A DNA stretch of 64,000 nucleotides from the human T2T-CHM13v2.0 reference genome, Homo sapiens: the NCBI RefSeq assembly GCF_009914755.1, contig NC_060929.1; one strand, given 5' to 3'. The notes under the pieces were generated by a model. The model was not told the origin of the DNA. It saw only the letters and a program-made list of their open reading frames with translations, and ran no database searches. Shown in pieces: positions 55,726 through 64,000 of this stretch; within the stretch, counting starts at the first letter, position 1, and each line of letters opens with the position of its first letter. A program made the position numbers and the translations under genes.

Positions 55726-56030
55726 GGCTAGGCGGTGGCTCACGCCTGTAATCCCAGCACTTTGGGAGGCCGAGGTGGGCGGATCATGAGGTCAGGAAAT
55801 CGAGACCATCCTGGCTAACACGGTGAAACTCCGTCTCTACTAAAAATACAAAAAAAATTAGCCAGGCGCAGTGGTGGGCGCCTGTAGTCCCAGCTACTCA
55901 GGAGGCTGAGGCAGGAGAATGGCGTGAACCCAGGAGGCGGAGCTTGCAGTGAGCCGAGATAGCGCCACTGCACTCCGGCCTGGGTGAAAGAGCGAGACTC
56001 AGTCTCAAAAAAAAAAAAAAAAAAGAAAGA
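55726..56030 (+). mobile_element. AluY, full length
   Basis: ggcgtgaacccaggaggcggagcttgcagtgagccgagat; perfect 17-bp TSD aagaaatggtgatgatg at 55709 and 56031. Confidence 0.97.
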
Positions 56031-56035
56031 AAGAA

Positions 56036-56521
56036 ATGGTGATGATGATGGTGATGGTGATGATAGTATGGTGGTGGTGACGATGATGCTGCTGCTGCTG
56101 CTGGTGGTGATGGTGATTGTAGTGATGATAGTGATGATAAGTATAATGATGGTGGTGGTGATGGTGATGGTGATGATAATGATTGATAATTATGGTGGTA
56201 ATGATGGTGATGATAATGATGGTGGTGGTGGTGGTGATGATAATGATTGATAATGATGGTGGTAATGATGGTGATGATAATGGTGGTGGTGGTGATGGTG
56301 ATGATGGTGATGGTCGTGGTGATGATAATGATTGATAATGATGGTGGTGATGATGGTGATGATAATGATGGTGGTGGTGATGGTGTTGGTAATGATGATG
56401 GTGATGAGGACGATGGTAATGATGGTGGTAGTGATGGTGGTGGTGATGGTGATGGTGATGGCAATGATGATGGTGATGATGATAATCACGGTAGTGGTGA
56501 TAGTGATGATGATGATGATGG
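56036..56521. repeat. (GAT/GGT/AAT)n compound trinucleotide repeat, about 485 bp
   Basis: Direct reading. Confidence 0.97.
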
Positions 56522-57149
56522 ACAAAGGAAGACAAAGTAGAAAACTCTCAGGATAAAGCTGTTAGGGAAGGCATTCTAGTCTCATCCTTCATAGAGGATT
56601 AATAAAGAAACACCAACTGGATAGAGTGAGAAAGGGCAGTACCAGCAAAGAGAACAGCATGTGCAAAGGTGTGGAAACACGACATGGTTGTAATGACTAG
56701 CTGGAGAAGATACCTAACACACCCATGGCTTACTTTTACTGCAGAAAGGGAGGAATGAACTTTAAACTGAGCCCTTTCTGGCTGAATCTCACTCACTGAG
56801 TCCCTTGCAAAGGGACAGATTTCGGGAGATTTGCTCCCACATAGCTTGAAGCTCACCTTGGACCAGGAAATTGGACTAGCCTCCAGAAAATATTTATGTT
56901 GGAATATCTGGAGACTGCACAAGATTTGCAGATATTTTCATAATCTCTTTCACGGTTTACACAGCGTGCCACCTGCCTCTATCTCCTGAAAAGGAAAAAC
57001 AGATTTGTAAAGAGAATGGGTTGCAATGAGGAAAGGGAAGTCACACAGACTATTCGGCTGGCAAAGGTTTGCTGCTAAGATAATGTAAATTGCGGCCGTG
57101 CTGAACTGGGAGGGTAACTTCTACATGTATACATGGCCTGCTTTGCAGC

Positions 57150-57320
57150 CTCCTGAGCACTTCCACATTTGTTATCTTTTATGAGCCTCACAAAAATCCC
57201 GTTAGGAGGGGCTGTTTTCCTCATATTACAAATGGGATAACAGAAGCTCAGAGAGGTGTAGGACCTACTCAAAGGCACACAACTAATACATGGCAAAGTA
57301 GTAAGCAGCAGATTCATCAC
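57150..57320 (-). mobile_element. MIR
   Basis: cattacaaatgggataacagaagctcagagaggt-like core; ctcaaaggcacacaactaata. Confidence 0.8.
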
Positions 57321-59039
57321 TGAGGGTGACAAAAAGGCACCCTTGCAAAATTCTGGCTTTAGGCCAAGTTCAGTGATTCTTTAGGTTTTAAAAAGTTGCT
57401 TTGCTGAAAGTTTGCATAAGCTCCCTCTCCTTGTACTTGGAAGGAGGACTGTAATCAACCTATTCTCTTGTGCCACACAAGGTAAGTACAGGGCCATCAG
57501 GCCCCACATTTCTCTTTTATGGGTGCCTCATGTGTACACTTTCTTGTTCCTGAACTCCATCTTCCAAACCCCATCTGCTGGCTGGATGTTATCAGGGAGG
57601 CCTTGAAGCCACAAGGTGGCAGGAGACATGGGATAGATGCAACCTGGGGTCCTGTGTCACCACATGGAAGAGAATGGCTGGATCTGCATCAGACTGAGAT
57701 TTTGCACATGAAGAAACTTTGAATCATTGTCCCAGGTCATATACACAATGGGAAGTGCAGGCAGGCCTTGAATCTCAAGCAGCTTGGCCCCAAAGCCTGT
57801 GTTCAGGCCACTCTGTTAAGCTGCTCTCCTTCGGGTTATGACCTGTGTCAGGCATACAAGAACACAACCAAATGCATCAGTCATGCTCCCAGATATCTGT
57901 GGGGGCTCAGGGACCCCTGTGAGGCCAAGAAACTTTATAAAGATGGAAAAAGATCTATAGTGTAGTATACATGACAGGTGATGATCAGAGGGGCAGGAAG
58001 AAAATTGGTGAAGGGCTGTGAAGGACATTGAACGTCTTGCTGGAAGTTTGTACTTTCATCTGAAGGCAAAGGGAGACCCTGAGGGTTTCTAAATAGGGCA
58101 GAACTGGAAGAATAGTATATGGGGAACTTCAAAGAAAAGAGTAGTTAGCTGATGGACAGTCTGTTTAGATTTGGAGCAAGGAACATGGGCCTGAAAATCA
58201 ATGGGTAATTGGGGATCGAGGGTTGAAAACATCTTGTTAATACTGAGAGTGGGGGCCAGAGCTGAGATTAAAGCAGATTTCAGGGGGGTGTGGTGCAGTC
58301 TTCGTCTTGCTCTTCCCTTGAACACTGCACCCTCTGTCCGCCATGTGCGTATTTGATAGGGCACCTCAAAGGGGAAGCCAGAAACCCTTTGAAGCAGCAA
58401 AGAAGAAAAGGGAAATGGGAGGGACACATGGGAATTTAATTTCTAATAAAAATTTTTATTTTATGATCTAAAGTCCTTTGGGGGAAGAAAGAATTAAAAG
58501 CCAGGCCATTGGCTCTCTTTATCTTTATAAATATTCCTACAAAACTTTGCCTCTTGTGAGCATTAGATTGATCCAGTCCCAGAGAAAGGTTTTGACAGAC
58601 ACTGTTAATGAGCTAGTTACGGTAGCTGCATATCAGGAGTGGGGCTCCTCATGGGGACAGCCCAGTTGCCTGTGGGCTCCCATCATGGCCAGCACTCTGT
58701 GTCTGTAAGAACAGAGGAATGAGCCGCTGTCTTATTCCCAGATAGTTCAAATAGGCGGCCTTTGCTGATCTGGGTGGTGTGCTTCCCTGCACTTGGCAAC
58801 ACCATAGAAGCAAGAAGGAATCAGCATCATGGTTGAAGAGGGCAGCTAGAGGAGAGATTAAGACATGAGGGAACAAGCAACAGATACAAGCAGGGAGACT
58901 TGTCACCAACAGGCATCAACCACCTGCCAGAAAGGTTGGGCAGAGCTAATGAAGCACCGAGTGAAATGGGCTTTCTCAGAGGATCAGGATGGGTATGGTG
59001 GGCTAGTGAGAGCTCCAGAGGCCCATTTTAAAGGGCACG

Positions 59040-59465
59040 GGGTAGGTGGCTATAGCAGCCAAGTACCGCTGTGTGAAAAAGCACTCCCAAATGCCATGGC
59101 TTAATATGACAGTATTTATTTTGTCTTACATTCCTGTAGGTGGGCTAGAGATGAGCTAATCTAGGCTGGGCTTGGCTGGGGTGACTCTGTTCCAAATGTC
59201 TTTTGGCCTCCTGGGACTAGCAGATTAACCTGGGCATGTCCTTCTCATGGCAATGGCAGAGATGCATGAGGACATGCCCCAGTGCACAAACAGACTTCAT
59301 GGCCCTGATTGCGTCATTTCTACTAACAATCTATTGGCCATAGTCAGTACCGCATGGCCAAGCTCAATGTTAAAGGGCCTTCCCCTTGGGTGAAAGACTG
59401 CAGAGTCACATGGCAGAGAGGGTATGAATAAGGGAGTGATCATGAACCAGAGCCAATTCACCACA
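59040..59465 (-). mobile_element. Old MLT1 (H-J-like) LTR
   Basis: ctaggctgggcttggctggg...cttctcatggcaatggcagag...tattggccatagtcagtaccgcatggccaagc. Confidence 0.8.
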
Positions 59466-59842
59466 GTGGTCTCAGGTAGGTCCTGCAGGTCTAGATACCA
59501 GATAGACTTCTGATAAAAGGGCAACTGATATCCATTGTTGGCTTTTTTGTTTGTCTTTGTACTGATCTACCTTGGTCATTTCACCAATCCTTAATGAAAA
59601 TGCCTGTTTCCTTGTAATTTGACAATGAGCCTCCCCTAAAGTTTACTTTTCTGCTTTTTTTCAAATGTCAGTGTCATTTATAACATATCTGTGCTACATT
59701 GGAGTCCACTAAGGATGAAGAAAGTCAGCACCGGGCCCTTTAGCTGAAAGGTGTAGAGATCAGAAAAGCCTTCATCTTCACCTCTGCCCCTCATGCTGCC
59801 TCCAGTGAGTGCTGCCCTCACCAGGTCCTCCCAAGTGTGCCA

Positions 59843-60495
59843 TTCATTCATGTGTGTGTTCATTCATTCACCCCTTTGTTCTGCAACCATTTTCAGAGCA
59901 CCTTCTCTGTTATAGGCACTGCTCTAGAGGCTGAAAGATATGACAGAGAACAAGACGCAATTCCTGCTCTCATGCAATACACATTCTCATTGAGGAAGAC
60001 ATAAAATAAACAAAAATAAATACACAATGGTCTTAGATTCTTATATGTGCTATGAATAAAAAAAATAGCAGAGAATGATGATAGAGTATGCATCCATAGG
60101 CGTTGACAACGTGAGGCTGCTTTGGATGAGGGTCAGGGCCAGGCTCTGCAAGGAGATGTATGAACTGAAGTCTGAAGGAAGGAAAAAGAGCCTGCTGTGA
60201 GCAGAGCCTGCTGTGAGCAGAGCCTGGGGAAGAGCATCCCAGGCAAAAGAACCAGTGAGGGGGAAATGGATCTGAGGCACCAGTGGGGTCGGATCATGCA
60301 GGCTTTTATGAACCATGGCAAGGAGCCTGGATATTCTTCTAGGCACACTGAGGTGCCTTCTAGAAGGCCTTAAGTTGCATCATGACCCGATTTATATCTT
60401 AAAAGGCAATGACTATTGGGTTAAAAAATGAATTGAAAGGTGGCTTGAATGTAATTCAAGGAGACCAGCTCAGACACTGTTCTAGTAATCCAAGT
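59843..60495 (-). mobile_element. L2 3' portion
   Basis: (TTCA)n tail; taggcactgctctagagg; agagcatcccaggca; ggatcatgcaggg-like text. Confidence 0.85.
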
Positions 60496-61485
60496 GTATT
60501 TCATTAAAGGAACTCCAAAATTTCAGTGACTTAAAACAAAAATGGTGATGGGAGGTCTTCTCTGTGCAGTTATTTAGGGCCCAGGCTGATGGAACCTCTG
60601 TTATCTCCAACTTCTTGCTTTCTAGACACCATGATAGTCAACTTCCCAGCTGTAACTAACTTTGGTGGACAGTTAACTATCTCTGCTGAAAGCTTCCTTT
60701 CTGATGACCAAATATTCATATTCACCCTTCTTCCTGCACAGAGTACGCTGTCCTCTTTTACAAGAATACCAGATTTCAATGTGGTATGTAGTGGAGTCTT
60801 TGCCATCAGGCCTAGGCATGGCTCTTTTTGATCTATTGGCTCATGGTTCACAAGTTAATGTATCTTCCTTCTCCTTCTACACTCAATGAATATCAGCAGA
60901 GGAGGTATGGGTCAGACACAGCTGTCACTGGTCCATAGTGATGATTAAATCCTGCTGATCAGACATTTTGAGGTCACTCTGCTCCATCAGTGGTGGCAGT
61001 TCCATGTTTAAAGTCAGAATCTGCTGGCTGCAGAAAATTCCATTGTCCATTGTTCTCTGTGGTACCTTCCTTTGCCTTCTAGGAGGTTCTTCCTTGCCCA
61101 TTGTCCTCCTTGGAGACATCTGAAACAGGTGTTGGTAAGAAAGCATTTCTTGGAGACCATGCACCTTTTCAATCTACTTCCTGTAGGTGCACTCAGGAGG
61201 GTCCAAGCAAGGGTTTTAGGGATCAAATACTCAAAGTTTGCTTTTTATTTGTTTATTTATGTATTTTTTGGTCTAGTCTCATAGTATCTTCGGTAGTAGA
61301 ATTCCCTCAACAACATAGTAGACTTCTAATCCATTTACTTTCAATCGGTTCCATCTTCCAGTAGCTATACCCACAATATTTTTCTAGGTGTAATTCTCTA
61401 TTCTAATTTATTTCATTGTTTCTTCACCTTCCTTCTTCCCTCTTTCAACTTAATAGCAGCTACTGAGGTCTTCAAGCTTGGGTAG
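60496..61485 (-). mobile_element. MaLR-related sequence (MLT1 LTR piece plus probable MLT1-internal)
   Basis: ccaaaatttcagtgacttaaaacaa LTR start; the rest only loosely resembles MaLR internal. Confidence 0.4.
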
Positions 61486-61871
61486 TGTATTAGTCAGCTA
61501 AGACTGCCATAACACACTGGGTGACTTGAATGACCAGGAAAAATAATGTATTTTCAAACAGTTCTAGAGCCTGGATCTCTAAGATCAAGGTGTTCACAAG
61601 ATGAGTTTCTTCTGAGGTTTCTCTCCTTGGCTTGTTGATGGCCACCTACTCCATGTGGTTTGTCCTCACATGGCCTTTCTTCTGTGTGTGCAGGGCCCTC
61701 GCATCCCTTTCTCTTCTTCTGAGGACACCAGTCCTACTGGATTAGGGTCATAGCTTATGACCTTAATTAATCTTAATTACCTCTTTAAATAACCTTATCT
61801 TCCTATACAGTCATCATGGGAGTTAGGGCTTCTATATGTAAATTTTTGGGGACGCAACTAAGTTCATAACA
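61486..61871 (-). mobile_element. MLT1A-like solo LTR
   Basis: tgtattagtc..ctgccataaca...tcctcacatggcc...gaggacaccagtcctactggattaggg...ttcataaca. Confidence 0.9.
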
Positions 61872-62496
61872 GGTGGAGAGACTACATCCTTAATTTTGTC
61901 TCTGCCCTCAGTTTGCCTATAAAGAAGGAAGTGGACGAAGATCATTGATTTCCAACTTTTTAACATAGACCTCTTTTATAGGAGACAGATGATGCAATCA
62001 CAGACATAAAAGGATGACTAGGGAGTACAGTGCCAAGGAAGTCAAGAGAAGCAACAATTTTCAGAGGGAGATGGGGCCCACAGAGTAAAATGCTCCCAAG
62101 CTCTCCTTGGGGTCTTGTTGGGAGACAGACCTGGCTTAGGATGGAAGGTGGATGTCAGGGCACCACTGAGTGAGATGAGCTGAGGACCAAGCCTTGTGGC
62201 TCTTGAGTCTCTGGGAGTGTTTTCTTGCAAGTGCTGTGGGGTCCCTGGTGCTGAGGAGTTGATTTTAGGCGGTATGCTCGGAGGGCTGATGAGAGTCAGT
62301 GTAGCCTGGCTAGGTTTATGTCATGACCTGAGGTCTCATTTCAAATACAGCCTCTAGAGAACCGGAGATAAGGGGAAGATTCTTTTTAGCATGTCTCTGA
62401 TCCAACAGTGTGAAGACAGGCTTCAGGAATAGAGATGGGGCATCCAGGACCTAATATTTTATAGTATTTTCTTTTCCAATTACCTTTGATGGCAGT

Positions 62497-62950
62497 TGTG
62501 GCAGAAACGGCTAACTGACCACTTGAAATCTGTGCTTCCCCTTCACGGTGTAGGGTTATTGCTGGGAAGTGACTGCCCAGCCATTGACTACACGTTCCTG
62601 CTCTCTTGAATCTGGAGAGGAGCATATTGCTAGTTCTGATCACAGTGGTATATGAGTAGACATGAAGTATGTCATTGTTCAGCCAAAGAGGCAAAGTTTC
62701 TAATGTGCTTTCATCACAAACTCTCTTTCCCATTGGTGAAAACCTTAGATTCCAAGTGCTGAGATGGTAGTTTCACAAGAAGAAGAGGAAAATACTTAGA
62801 GGGGAAATACCTAACCAGAACTATCTGTTTTGGACTTGAATTTTAAAAAGTTTTTAAAAATAAAATAAATAAGAACCTTTATTGAGTGTAGCCACCAGGT
62901 TTGGGGATTATTTGTTGTAACAGCTAATATTGCTTACCCTGACAAATATA
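62497..62950 (+). mobile_element. Old MLT1 (I-K-like) LTR
   Basis: tgtggcagaaacggctaactg...gggattatttgttgtaacagcta..accctgacaaata. Confidence 0.75.
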
Positions 62951-62959
62951 AGAAGTGAT

Positions 62960-63122
62960 GCCGCTTTTCCATTTTGGTAATTGTATAAGTTTTCTTCAAA
63001 ATAAGTTTATTTAAATAAGAAAATGAGTACATTTAGAGAACAATGTTAAATCAACAATAGTACAAGTGTACACAAATAAGAAAAAAAATTTTTCTCAAAT
63101 GACCCAATTTGGGAAGCACTGG
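62960..63122. mobile_element. Old hAT-Charlie-type fragment (similar pieces near 10810-11000 and 30330-30500)
   Basis: AT-rich body ending tttgggaagcactgg, resembling a hAT TIR. Confidence 0.4.
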
Positions 63123-64000
63123 CCTGTAGCAAGCATAGATGTCCTCATGTCACCTTTGAAGAAATGGAAGAGAATTCTAGACTAGAGAATTTCAAGAGGG
63201 AAAGAGTAATCAATGTGTGCAATGCCTTCAAGTGTTTTTTGGGGTTCTGTAGGGAAAATGCCAATGGTGCTAGATCAGGGGGCTGTTACAGCATAATGGG
63301 CAAAATTAATCTTAGGATGAAGCAATGTGATCCCACGGCTTACCAAAGTCATATTTCAATAATCCATGGGGAAGATGTGATCCCCAAAAGTGTTTCTTTG
63401 TGCCTGCACAATGATTTTTTTTTAATGAGCAATTATTCACTAATCTGGAGATTTTACATTAAGCTCAGAATTCCTAGTTTCTCTTGAAAAATCAAAATAT
63501 CCAGCCAACACTGGACCAGCATTTCCTGCAGCGTCTACACCCCGCACATACACCCAGCAGGCTTCAGCTGGAGCTCAGTAGTGAAGTCTCCTCCAGACAG
63601 AGCATTTCTCCACAGTCCCCACCACTCCTTATTGTCTGTCTTCCTGACCCTGAGGCCAAGTGGCTAAGTGACAGTAAGCACGCATCACTTACACTGATGC
63701 TTTGCTTTGGGAAGAGGACTATTTCTCTGTTCCTATGCCGCTATCAAAAGAGAAAAACAAACTGTTAAGCAAAAGGGCCATGTGTTTCAAGAAAAATTAG
63801 AGAGAACTTTTTTTGGCAGAAGTTAAAAATATTCTTATGGGTTTAATATGTAAATACAGAGAATCTGTATTGAAAGAAAACAACTGAAAACACCATGAAA
63901 ACAAGAAATAGTTAAAACTATAACCAGTCTATGGCGAAGGTGTGTGATGAAGCGCTTAATGAACTGAAAAGTAAAATCACTGCAAGGTTTGCTTTAGAGT

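Noticed and set aside
55898-56556. Overlapping ORFs with poly-His, Ser/Pro, Met/Val or Asp/Gly tracts
   Set aside because: Translations of a trinucleotide repeat plus Alu; open in most frames, with no gene context.
57478-57487. Consensus splice donor AAG|GTAAGT
   Set aside because: A single motif with no convincing partner exon or coding signal; plausible by chance.

Overview
Primate (very likely human) non-coding genomic DNA, intronic or intergenic. The window is dominated by interspersed repeats: Alu J/S/Y, L1PA/L1M, L2, MIR, MaLR/ERVL/ERV1 LTRs, and hAT and TcMar DNA transposons, plus microsatellites. I see no credible protein-coding gene, RNA gene, CRISPR array or CpG-island promoter. 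The supplied ORFs are spurious, apart from relics of transposon proteins (L2 endonuclease, Tc2-type transposase tail). Family names come from recalled consensus sequences, not a database search, so subfamily calls and boundaries of old elements are approximate. I found no evidence for a new biological system. The notable features are rearrangement and insertion scars: a head-to-head Alu fusion at a palindromic junction, an old LTR with unusually similar inverted ends, a 134-bp tandem duplication with a stuttered junction, a target site used by three retrotransposons including a twin-primed L1, a roughly 3-kb L2 reaching its endonuclease, and several perfect short palindromes.
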